Shown here: piece by piece, positions 27,102 through 35,442 of the stretch | How the letters are laid out: each line of letters starts with the position of its first letter | Numbering within the stretch: the first letter of the stretch is position 1 | Assembly (NCBI GenBank): GCA_028867435.1 | Contig: JAGWGI010000001.1 | Span: forward strand, 19,996-83,995 | Reading direction: 5' to 3' | Origin: Candidatus Micrarchaeota archaeon | GTDB taxonomy: Archaea; Micrarchaeota; Micrarchaeia; Micrarchaeales; CABMGC01 | Length of the DNA: 64,000 nucleotides | Position numbers and translations under genes: made by a program | Notes under the pieces: model-generated | What the model saw: the letters and a program-made list of their open reading frames with translations, nothing else | Told to the model about the DNA's origin: nothing | Databases searched by the model: none

Positions 27102-28331
27102 ATGGATCTAGCAAAAATAGCAATGGTGTCTATTGTGCTTCTGGCTATTTGTACCGGGATCCTAGGAGCAGCTGGACAGAACGCTGCAGGTCAGACGGAT
27201 TCGCCTGGAATAGCAGGCAGCGCTCCAGATGTTACAAGCCAGCCGCTGTGCAACGACCTGTTCGGTGCGACTCCAGTCTTAGGCCAGAGCTCATCGTCGA
27301 AAATTCAGGGCTTGTTTGGAACGCTGGCAAACTACTCGACATACAACAGCATGCTCGAGGACTCGCTGCTTGTAGTAGTAGTTGCGATGATGGTGCTTGC
27401 GATGATCTATGCGTTCGGCTACGCGTTCGGTGCGAACAACATAATTGCAATGGCAAAGACAGGTTACCTTGAAGCAGTGCTCAACATAATCATAATAGTA
27501 GTGCTCTTCGGCGGTGTGGCGCTCATATCAAATGCGGTGCTTTTTCTAAGCAGCCTGGGAGGCGCGGTGATCTCAAGCACCGGGGTCTCTCTTGCCAGCT
27601 CGCCGCTCACTACCAGTTCTGGGATAACAGGACTGCACGAGATGTACTATTCCATCTGCTCCACATATTACAGCAACGCGGAAACGCAGATAACAAACCT
27701 GCTGGCCATGGGCGCGCTGACATATCTGGACAGCATAATCAGCACATTCACTGTGAGCATAATGCCAAATGGATTTGGCATAACAATCGTGCCTGCGGGG
27801 GGCTATTCAATACCTGCGATATCTCCAATAAGCTTCTTTGACCCTATAGTTACTGGAATTGTCTCTATGGAAGTTGGGATAATATTTTTGCTTTCGATAA
27901 TATATTATCTATTCCCGCTATTCTTGTTCCTGGGGATATTCCTCAGGTGCATACCTATCACAGTTGCCGCAGGAGGCGCCCTGATTGCGATGTTCATAGG
28001 ATTCTATATATTCTTCCCCGCTCTGGTATATCCATTCACCGCGGTCTCATTCACATGCACGCAGCAGTGCAGTTCGGCCAATCCAATCCAACACGACGTG
28101 AACCTTGGCAGCCAGAGCATACTTAACGCCTTTCCATTCACATCTGCGCTATCCCTTGACCCGATAGTGCCAACAATCGATTACTTCAGCCGCCTGGTGG
28201 CTGAGAGCTTCTTCCAGATACTTGGTATAATAATAGCGTTCCTGATAGCATATACGCTGATGGAGACCTTTGCCGATTTGCTCGGAGCCCCGTCTCTTGA
28301 GGGAAAAACAATGCTGAGGAATATAGTATGA
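27102..28331 (+). CDS. Polytopic membrane protein, paralog 4 of 6
   Basis: Signal/TM MDLAKIAMVSIVLLAICTGILGAAG. Motif: IFLRCIPITVAAGGALIAMFIGFYIFFP. Confidence 0.55.
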   Translation: MDLAKIAMVSIVLLAICTGILGAAGQNAAGQTDSPGIAGSAPDVTSQPLCNDLFGATPVLGQSSSSKIQGLFGTLANYSTYNSMLEDSLLVVVVAMMVLAMIYAFGYAFGANNIIAMAKTGYLEAVLNIIIIVVLFGGVALISNAVLFLSSLGGAVISSTGVSLASSPLTTSSGITGLHEMYYSICSTYYSNAETQITNLLAMGALTYLDSIISTFTVSIMPNGFGITIVPAGGYSIPAISPISFFDPIVTGIVSMEVGIIFLLSIIYYLFPLFLFLGIFLRCIPITVAAGGALIAMFIGFYIFFPALVYPFTAVSFTCTQQCSSANPIQHDVNLGSQSILNAFPFTSALSLDPIVPTIDYFSRLVAESFFQILGIIIAFLIAYTLMETFADLLGAPSLEGKTMLRNIV

Positions 28332-29383
28332 CTACACCGGTTGCATCAGCCTGCCTTGGCAGCGCTGGGAGTTTTTTTAATTCCCCTTTCACAGACTGGA
28401 TACCGATAGCTATTGCTGGGGTCTCGATAGTTGCCGCAGTGCTTGCAATAATCTATATCGTCAGTCCGCTGCTCGGCAGGCAGGAGGTCAAGACCTGGGC
28501 CAGGGCAAAGATGTACGAAGTGTTTTTCGGCCTGGTTGTCATATTAGTATTCGCAGGCATGTCCACCTCGATCTGCGTATTCCAGCCCATACAGCCATAC
28601 TCGGTAATCAACCTTGTGCCAAGCCAGTGCAACTCCACGGCAGTCAACAGCCTCTACGGTCTATCGGAGTGCGACCTATATACGTACAACGAAGTAACCA
28701 TCAACGCGCTCAACACTTATGCCGCAGTCTTCACCGCTGCGCTCTCAGATTTCCCGAAATTCAGTGTGACTTTCCAGAATAATTATTTGCCGTATGGGGT
28801 CTCAACCGGGATTGCAGATGTAGACCTTGAACCCCATGCAGTAGTCCAATTTGTGGCCCTTGCAAATACTGCGATGGGCGGACTCATCATGCTCTCCCAG
28901 CTGCAGCTTCTGCTGCTGGACATATCACTCTTGATATTTGCGATATTCATGCCGCTTGGCCTTATACTTAGGATGTTTGGCATCACAAGGAGCTATGGAG
29001 GGACACTGATAGCATTTGGGATGGGGATAGGGATCGTCTTCCCGCTTATAACCAGCATATCATACGGGTTCATAGACCAGGTGGGCAATAGCCTCAATAT
29101 TGGCGCTGCAGCCAGCAGCTTCTTCTCGGTTGGAACGCTTACTGCTTTCCTCGCAGAGGATGTACAGTTCATGACAGGGATTGGTACTGGCAATGCCAGC
29201 TTGATACTTTCCGCCCTGATAGCACCATTCAATCCCTTCCTTGAGTTTACCGGACTTGTGGTGCTAGGCAGCTTGATGCTGCCGTTATTAAGCCTTACAA
29301 TAGTTAATACTTTCGTGCTCGACTTCTCGCAGGCTGTAGGCGAGAGGATGAGCTTCATGGATTTGCTCGCAAGGGTAGTGTAG
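28328..29383 (+). CDS. Polytopic membrane protein, paralog 5 of 6
   Basis: 4-nt overlap with the upstream gene. Motif: LILRMFGITRSYGGTLIAFGMGIGIVFP. Confidence 0.55.
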   Translation: MTTPVASACLGSAGSFFNSPFTDWIPIAIAGVSIVAAVLAIIYIVSPLLGRQEVKTWARAKMYEVFFGLVVILVFAGMSTSICVFQPIQPYSVINLVPSQCNSTAVNSLYGLSECDLYTYNEVTINALNTYAAVFTAALSDFPKFSVTFQNNYLPYGVSTGIADVDLEPHAVVQFVALANTAMGGLIMLSQLQLLLLDISLLIFAIFMPLGLILRMFGITRSYGGTLIAFGMGIGIVFPLITSISYGFIDQVGNSLNIGAAASSFFSVGTLTAFLAEDVQFMTGIGTGNASLILSALIAPFNPFLEFTGLVVLGSLMLPLLSLTIVNTFVLDFSQAVGERMSFMDLLARVV

Positions 29384-29393
29384 GGTTGTTTGT

Positions 29394-30596
29394 ATGAATT
29401 TGAGGATTGCATTGCTGCTTGTTCTTGCGCTTGCCGGAATGCTGGGCGCACAATCTGTTTACTCTCCAGTGTCTTTAGTTGCAGGCATAAACCCTTGTGC
29501 TAATAACAACTATGCAATAAACCAGGTAGCTCCATGGTACTGCACAGACATAAACCAGGCAATTGTCAGGGAGTGGACATCGTGGCTGCCCGTCGGGATG
29601 GCTGTGATAATAGTCTCTTTCTCAATAGCAGCGATGATTTTCATAGTTGGGCTTGCCCTGAGAAATGAAAGGGTGAGAAATTTTGGGATTGGGGAATTTT
29701 ATGAGGCCGCTGCCACTGGGATCATAATCGTCTTCTTCCTCTTTATCGCTGCAGTAATGCTTGGGCTTGTGCCTGCGCTCTTTATCGGCACGACAAACCC
29801 ATATGTAACTGCGCTAAATTATGTATCGAGCGTTTCCCAGGGAACCCAGCAGGTGATTTACAGCCTGTTCGGCGTTGTGAACCTCGTTGATTTTTATTCA
29901 AGTATAAACGTAAGTGTCAAGGTTGCCAACAGCGGCAGCGCTTCTGACCTTGCAAATTTTATAGCAGGCTGCTTAAATAGCAAGGGCAGCAATACCGGCA
30001 CAAGAGGCGCAGTAGCGGCTTTGTGCAAAGGGGGAGGGCTTTTCGTGGGCTCTGTTCAGGAGCCTCTTGCCTTGTCGCTCGAGATACTTTTTGCAGCTCC
30101 TGCAAACGTTCTACTTCTCACTTTGATGGACGGGCTTGTGGTGCTCAACATAGAGTTTTACCTAATCATATTTGCCATGTACTCTGCAATACCCGTCTTT
30201 TTGCTCCCTGGCGCAATACTTAGGGCGTTCATGCCAACTCGCAGCCTTGGAGGCATGATGATGTCAATAGGCATAGCGTTCTTCTTTGTAATGCCCATAC
30301 TATTCTCTGTTGCCTTCTACTTCACTCACCAGAGCGCAGTTACGGCGCTAAATACTGCAGCCTCAAGGCTTGCGCAGTACGGCTCAGGCAGCGGGGCAGA
30401 GACAAACGCGCTCACGCCCACAAGCCCGCTTGTCACCACCCTTAGCAATCTGCAAAACGGCATGGGTGGCTACTGGCTGTCTATTCTCTTCTACCCGGCA
30501 CTGATAATGGGCATGACGTACTTCTCGGTTATAACAATGGCTGACTTCATAGGCGGATTCGCGCACAGCACAGGGAAGATTATCGGGCAGATGTAG
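29394..30596 (+). CDS. Polytopic membrane protein, paralog 6 of 6
   Basis: Signal peptide MNLRIALLLVLALAGMLGAQS. Motif: AILRAFMPTRSLGGMMMSIGIAFFFVMP. Confidence 0.55.
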   Translation: MNLRIALLLVLALAGMLGAQSVYSPVSLVAGINPCANNNYAINQVAPWYCTDINQAIVREWTSWLPVGMAVIIVSFSIAAMIFIVGLALRNERVRNFGIGEFYEAAATGIIIVFFLFIAAVMLGLVPALFIGTTNPYVTALNYVSSVSQGTQQVIYSLFGVVNLVDFYSSINVSVKVANSGSASDLANFIAGCLNSKGSNTGTRGAVAALCKGGGLFVGSVQEPLALSLEILFAAPANVLLLTLMDGLVVLNIEFYLIIFAMYSAIPVFLLPGAILRAFMPTRSLGGMMMSIGIAFFFVMPILFSVAFYFTHQSAVTALNTAASRLAQYGSGSGAETNALTPTSPLVTTLSNLQNGMGGYWLSILFYPALIMGMTYFSVITMADFIGGFAHSTGKIIGQM

Positions 30597-30646
30597 GCCC
30601 ACTCGATGATATTTATACTTTCGCAGCATGATATACACGGGATTGT

Positions 30647-31477
30647 TTGCCTAGCCTAAAGATGCTCCTATTCGTCTCTTTCGTGGGTGCTGCGCTCGTT
30701 ATGATACTGGTCAGCGCAAACCTGCCGATCCCCGGCTTTGCAAAGTTCATAATACTAATCGTGGGACTAGTCCTTGACATACTAGCTGCCGCCACCAGGT
30801 TCTACAGCAACCTCTTCATACCATTCTACAAGATGAAGAACGGCACAGTGGTTCTAAGCGAGGAGGATCCTTTTCTCCTATCGCCTTCTGGGGAGGCGAT
30901 AATATCAAGGAGGGGGGAGAGCGTGTATGCGACGGCGTTCCTCAAGATCCCGGTGTACAGGTCGGCAACAGAGATGAGCGCAGAGGAGAAAGTGGATTTT
31001 GCAAGGCTCTTTAGCAGGATAATAACACTCAGCAAGACTCCCTTCAAGCTCAGCACCCAGCTCTATACGATAAACAAGGATGATTACATCGGCAGGATAA
31101 GCGACAAGCTAAGCGAGGTGGAGGAACTATACCAGAAGGACTCCGCAGGCAAGTCTGCCCCGCAGGCAACAATAGACAGGGAGAGGGGGCAAATAACTAT
31201 GTGGCACAATTTGCTTGAGAGCATAAGCAAGGCGCAGTCCCATGCCCTGCTCAACTATGCATCAGTAACTGCTGTGGGCGGCAGCGAGGACGAGGCAATT
31301 TCGCTTGCTTCGCAGCAGGCAGACGAGCTTAGCGCAGGCATAGGTTCGATACTCGGGGCGACACCGACACTCATATCAGGACAGGAGATACTGCTCATAG
31401 TGCAGCCTGAATACACAATACCATTCTCTACTGTAAGCGAACAGATACGGCAGAAGACTATGGAAGAGGGGTTATGA
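30647..31477 (+). CDS. Membrane-anchored protein (2 N-terminal TM helices plus soluble domain), paralog A; possible VirB3/VirB4-N-domain analogue
   Basis: TM helices LLFVSFVGAALVMILV and FIILIVGLVLDILAAA, then GTVVLSEEDPFLLSPSGEAIISRRGESVYATAFLKIPVY. The track start is a TTG; the first ATG is at 30662. Confidence 0.5.
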   Translation: MPSLKMLLFVSFVGAALVMILVSANLPIPGFAKFIILIVGLVLDILAAATRFYSNLFIPFYKMKNGTVVLSEEDPFLLSPSGEAIISRRGESVYATAFLKIPVYRSATEMSAEEKVDFARLFSRIITLSKTPFKLSTQLYTINKDDYIGRISDKLSEVEELYQKDSAGKSAPQATIDRERGQITMWHNLLESISKAQSHALLNYASVTAVGGSEDEAISLASQQADELSAGIGSILGATPTLISGQEILLIVQPEYTIPFSTVSEQIRQKTMEEGL

Positions 31478-32304
31478 TGGACGAGCAAGCGGTGATTTAC
31501 CTTGTCTTCACCGGTGTGGTGGCGTTGCTTGGCATACTGATGCTAAACAGCTACGGCGCCTTCGGGATCGCGGCTGCGATACTCTCGGTACTGACAATAC
31601 TGTTCATACTCGTGCTAAACTACATGGACTTCTTAGTCTTCCCTGCTTTCACTTCGTTCTTAAACGTTAGGATCCTGCCTGCAAAGAACTATGTTATACC
31701 AAAGAGCCAGAACTGCGTAATAAAGGAGGTAAACGGGCTCTATTACGCAACTGGATACCTCACGGCCAACATCTACAACTACATCTTCTCTGTCGAGCAG
31801 GTTGATGAATCAGAGGAAACAAAGCTGGCCGAGGGGCCAGAGAAGTGGGAGAAGCTTGTGATGAACGTTGGCTTCCCGTTCAAGTTCCACATGCTTACCT
31901 ATGCAGAGGATCTGCAGAACTTCAGGGAGGAGCTCGAGGGCAAGAGGGGCTTCCTTGAATTCCAGCTCTCGAAGGAGACGCAAAGCGACAGTCCCAACCA
32001 GATGACCATAGACGACTTCAACAAGAAGATCAACATTGTGCAGGCCAGGATAGACAGGCTCTCCTCAGGCGAGAGGCCGGTAGGGAGCCTGATGTACATA
32101 GAGACAATAGCCGTTGGGGTGAGCGAGAAGGCCGCAATGGACGCGCTCACAGGCCAGGTTAACCAGCTGCAGACTGTGTTCAACACATTTGATCTGAGTA
32201 TAACAAGGGTTGTAGGCAGGGAGCTCGCAACGCTCTTTGGCTTCGGGCACTTTGTGCCGAGCACTCAGGCAGATCTTGAGGCGCTGTTCCAGAGGCAGAC
32301 CTAA
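31474..32304 (+). CDS. Membrane-anchored protein (2 N-terminal TM helices plus soluble domain), paralog B
   Basis: Same length (276 aa) and layout as 30647..31477, including the corresponding segment VIKEVNGLYYATGYLTANIY. 4-nt overlap with the upstream gene. Confidence 0.5.
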   Translation: MMDEQAVIYLVFTGVVALLGILMLNSYGAFGIAAAILSVLTILFILVLNYMDFLVFPAFTSFLNVRILPAKNYVIPKSQNCVIKEVNGLYYATGYLTANIYNYIFSVEQVDESEETKLAEGPEKWEKLVMNVGFPFKFHMLTYAEDLQNFREELEGKRGFLEFQLSKETQSDSPNQMTIDDFNKKINIVQARIDRLSSGERPVGSLMYIETIAVGVSEKAAMDALTGQVNQLQTVFNTFDLSITRVVGRELATLFGFGHFVPSTQADLEALFQRQT

Positions 32305-32336
32305 AGTGTTTATAACATGTACTGAGATGTGATATC

Positions 32337-33842
32337 ATGACGCTTGTAAGGATTCAGAACCTGATGAGCAACGAGCTCGCAAAGCGGGTCTTTTTGACAA
32401 GGCCTCCAGAACCGCCTCACGAATACCTGCTAAACGACCCCACCAACTCGATTTTCATAGGGATAACCAAGATATTCAGCTCCCCATTTACCTGGAGCTT
32501 TGCAAATCTCACCAACCCCCACCTTGCAGTTGTAGGGATAACTGGCGCTGGAAAGAGCTTCTTTGTGAAGACATTTCTAATAAGGGCAAGCTACATCTGG
32601 AACGCGAATGCGATAATAATTGACTGGGCTGGGGAGTACAAGGCATGGGTGAAGCAGAGCGGAGGGACTGTCATCTCACTTGCCAAAGGGGACTTCCTCA
32701 ACATAATGGACCTAACCGGCATGAAGCCTCTTGACAGGGCAAAGCAGATAATCACCTCATTTGAAATACTAACTGACATCGGAGAGTACCCTGAGCAGAG
32801 AAGGCTCACTATGGAGGCTATAGAGCAGTCTTATGTGAACCTTGGTTTCCCGCTTGCCTCGGTGCCTGATCCTATCAAGGAGCCCCCTACACTAAAGAAC
32901 GTGATTTCGCTGCTTGAGGAAAAGCTGCAGGACGGAACCTACGAGTACCCTGCAGAACTCGAGAACGCGATATACAGGCTCAGGCAGTTCGCACGGGAGG
33001 GTGAGGACTACTTCGCAAAGAAGAGCACTCTAGACCTTGGGAAGATAGCCTCTTCGGGGCTTGTTGCGCTCGACCTCTCTAGCCTTCCTGACGAGAAGTT
33101 CAGGGCGCTTGCGGCGCTGTTTGTCTTGCAGTCGCTAAAGGAGAAGATGAGGATGGAAGGATGGAGCGCTTCAAAGGGCCTTCGCGCGATAGTGGTGCTT
33201 GACGAGGCGTGGAAGGTGGCAAGCGATGAGAGGAGCGACGCGGTGATGATCGTGCGGGAGGGAAGGAAGTACCAGTTCGGGCTCATTGTCGCATCGCAAA
33301 ACCCTACAGACATAAACGAGGCGATCTTCTCAAACGTCGGCACAACGGTAATGCTTAGGATAAAGTTCGAGAAGTTCATGAACTACTTGCAGGGATCCCT
33401 CAACTTCTCAGATTTCATACGCAAGGAGATAAGCAAGTTCGGGGTCGGGCAGGCTGCAATCGACATGTCTTTTCAGACATCGGTTCAGTTCCCAGAGGTC
33501 TTTGTAATAGACAGGGTGGTAGGCGAGATGCCAATAGATGTTTTCACGCTCTCGGTCGCAGACATTCTCAACCAGGCCGAACTTGAGAACACAGAGCTGC
33601 AAAAAGAGTACTATTTCGAGCGCGTGGACCTCAGGAACAGGCTTATTGAGAGCAACGTAGGCCTCGAGGTTATAGAAGGGGTGCTCAGCAAGCTCGAAAC
33701 ACAGAACAGGTTCGTTGACGTGAGGGGTTTCATAGGGGTGCTAACGCAGTTCAGGATAGAGCGCGACAACATAATACTCTTCATGCGGGGCCTTGGTATG
33801 CAGGATGCGCTGATAACAAGGGCGTTCACTTATGGGGGTTAG
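32337..33842 (+). CDS. VirB4/TrbE/CedB-like P-loop ATPase (FtsK-HerA superfamily)
   Basis: Walker A VVGITGAGKSFF, IIIDWAGEY, LNIMDL, Walker B VVLDEAWKV, REGRKYQFGLIVASQNPTDI. The DEAW...RK...(T/S)Q motif set is the VirB4/TraC pattern rather than HerA DEAH. Confidence 0.75.
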   Translation: MTLVRIQNLMSNELAKRVFLTRPPEPPHEYLLNDPTNSIFIGITKIFSSPFTWSFANLTNPHLAVVGITGAGKSFFVKTFLIRASYIWNANAIIIDWAGEYKAWVKQSGGTVISLAKGDFLNIMDLTGMKPLDRAKQIITSFEILTDIGEYPEQRRLTMEAIEQSYVNLGFPLASVPDPIKEPPTLKNVISLLEEKLQDGTYEYPAELENAIYRLRQFAREGEDYFAKKSTLDLGKIASSGLVALDLSSLPDEKFRALAALFVLQSLKEKMRMEGWSASKGLRAIVVLDEAWKVASDERSDAVMIVREGRKYQFGLIVASQNPTDINEAIFSNVGTTVMLRIKFEKFMNYLQGSLNFSDFIRKEISKFGVGQAAIDMSFQTSVQFPEVFVIDRVVGEMPIDVFTLSVADILNQAELENTELQKEYYFERVDLRNRLIESNVGLEVIEGVLSKLETQNRFVDVRGFIGVLTQFRIERDNIILFMRGLGMQDALITRAFTYGG

Positions 33843-33845
33843 CTT

Positions 33846-34142
33846 ATGCCTGGAACATTTGCACTAAACAGGATAGATCTCAAGAAGATGCTCACAATGC
33901 TAAAGGTTAGCGAGAAAGGGATAGACCAGCTTGAGGCAAGCCTCAACAGGATGCACAGGCACGTAAACGCCGTGGCCTTCGCAGGCATGCTAGAGAAGCT
34001 CGGGCTTCGTCAGGAGGACATAACCAATATCTTCAGGAGGATGGGAATTGACGACGTGAGCATAACAGAGGTATTCAACGCTCTTGACGAGGAGAGGATA
34101 AACGAGACCTTCGGCAAGGTTGTTGTGTTGAAGGTGGAATGA
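33846..34142 (+). CDS. Small soluble helical protein, stand-alone copy of the ATPase C-terminal domain
   Basis: KGIDQLEASLNRMHRHVNAVAFAGMLEKLGLRQEDITNIFRRMGIDDVSITEVF aligns by eye with the ATPase C-terminus GLEVIEGVLSKLETQNRFVDVRGFIGVLTQFRIERDNIILFMRGLGMQDALITRAF. Confidence 0.5.
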   Translation: MPGTFALNRIDLKKMLTMLKVSEKGIDQLEASLNRMHRHVNAVAFAGMLEKLGLRQEDITNIFRRMGIDDVSITEVFNALDEERINETFGKVVVLKVE

Positions 34143-34146
34143 TTTT

Positions 34147-34506
34147 ATGGCAAGGAGCTACTGTATAATCTGCGGCGATGAGAAAAACGGCCTGCCTGTA
34201 CAAAACGACATGGTCCTTGATGCAATAAGGTGGTTCAAGCAGAACGTGACCAAAAACGAGAAGGGCAACAGGCTAATTGTCTGCAAGGAGTGCTTCCCGA
34301 GATACGCGGACCGCAGAAAGAAGTTCGAAAACAGGCAGGCTACCTATTTGGCAATAGGCATAATATTCGCCGCCCTAGGGCTCATTTTCTCATTTAGCCT
34401 GACAACTCTTGCTGTTGCCATACTGCTCATAGTGTTTCTCTACCTGCTTTCGCTGCTAAACTACGTGCCAAAAGTGGCTCTGCCCTCTCATAAAACCTCG
34501 AAGTAA
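34147..34506 (+). CDS. Zinc-ribbon protein with C-terminal TM helices
   Basis: CIICGDE...x(34)...CKEC gives four Cys in CxxC pairs. This is followed by LAIGIIFAALGLIFSFSLTTLAVAILLIVFLYLL. Confidence 0.5.
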   Translation: MARSYCIICGDEKNGLPVQNDMVLDAIRWFKQNVTKNEKGNRLIVCKECFPRYADRRKKFENRQATYLAIGIIFAALGLIFSFSLTTLAVAILLIVFLYLLSLLNYVPKVALPSHKTSK

Positions 34507-34556
34507 TCTATAAATACGTTTAATAGGCAGTATACGCTAGGATTGAGGCGGATCGA

Positions 34557-35279
34557 TTGGCTGATGAAGATATAGTTCCAAGGGTTGAAGAGATAGCCTT
34601 CTCAGGCAAGCTCACTGGAACCCTTGAGCAGGCCAAGGAAAAACTCTCTCCCATCCCATTCTTCTCTATGAAGCTTGAGAACGGGGTACTGAGTATCTCA
34701 CGGGTTGAAAGCAGGAACATCAAGAAGAAGCCCTTCCTTTTCTATCTGATTAACCTGAAGAGCGACGGGGTAGAGATAGTGTATTCCATAGCACCAGACA
34801 CAAGCGAGAAGCTCAGGAGACTCTCGGTCATAAAGGGCCTTGCGTCAATACTATCAATAATAAACGACATCTACCAGATAGACTACCCAAAATTCATGCA
34901 GTACGTGGATTCTTCCATAGACGATGCGCTAAACAGCCTCTCGCAGAGCTACAGCACGCTTTTCAACAAGTACGACGCCCTTCTGCTTGAGTACAGGGAG
35001 GTTAGGAGGCTGAATGTCGAGCTCTCTGCTGCGAACAGGAACATGACGATACAGACTGCCCAGTTCGATGAGGAGAACAAGCAGCTTGGCGCCCAGCTAA
35101 AGACGCTGCAGACGTATAGCGACGAATCGCTTATGGCAATGGTCCAGGACTGGATAGAGACTCACAACAGCTCGATAGACATAACCGAGTTCGCAAAGAA
35201 CTACAAGATCCCTGCCCCCAGAATAGAGCAGATACTAGACAAGATGGTATCTACAGGGTATCTTGAACTCAAGAGCTGA
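34557..35279 (+). CDS. Coiled-coil protein with a C-terminal winged-helix-like domain
   Basis: TTG start. Central heptad-like region (LFNKYDALLLEYREVRRLNVELSAANRNMTIQTAQFDEENKQLGAQLKTLQ). C-terminus IDITEFAKNYKIPAPRIEQILDKMVSTGYLEL. Confidence 0.45.
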   Translation: MADEDIVPRVEEIAFSGKLTGTLEQAKEKLSPIPFFSMKLENGVLSISRVESRNIKKKPFLFYLINLKSDGVEIVYSIAPDTSEKLRRLSVIKGLASILSIINDIYQIDYPKFMQYVDSSIDDALNSLSQSYSTLFNKYDALLLEYREVRRLNVELSAANRNMTIQTAQFDEENKQLGAQLKTLQTYSDESLMAMVQDWIETHNSSIDITEFAKNYKIPAPRIEQILDKMVSTGYLELKS

Positions 35280-35284
35280 TTTAA

Positions 35285-35437
35285 ATGGGATACAAAGCAA
35301 CAATCAACAAGCGCGTCAGATACGTAAAGGTGTACAGAATAGTCAAGAGGGTGAACCAGAACACCAATGTTGCTACTGAGTTCATGCAGAAATTCGTGGA
35401 CAGATTCTTCCTTGGCAGGAAGAAGGTAGAAGCCTGA
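35285..35437 (+). CDS. Candidate 50-aa highly basic small protein (below the ORF-track cutoff)
   Basis: My translation is MGYKATINKRVRYVKVYRIVKRVNQNTNVATEFMQKFVDRFFLGRKKVEA*. It starts 5 nt after the upstream stop and ends 5 nt before the next ATG, so it fills the only large gap in the operon. The minus-strand ORF 35281..35568 is rejected. Confidence 0.35.
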   Translation: MGYKATINKRVRYVKVYRIVKRVNQNTNVATEFMQKFVDRFFLGRKKVEA

Positions 35438-35442
35438 TTCGC

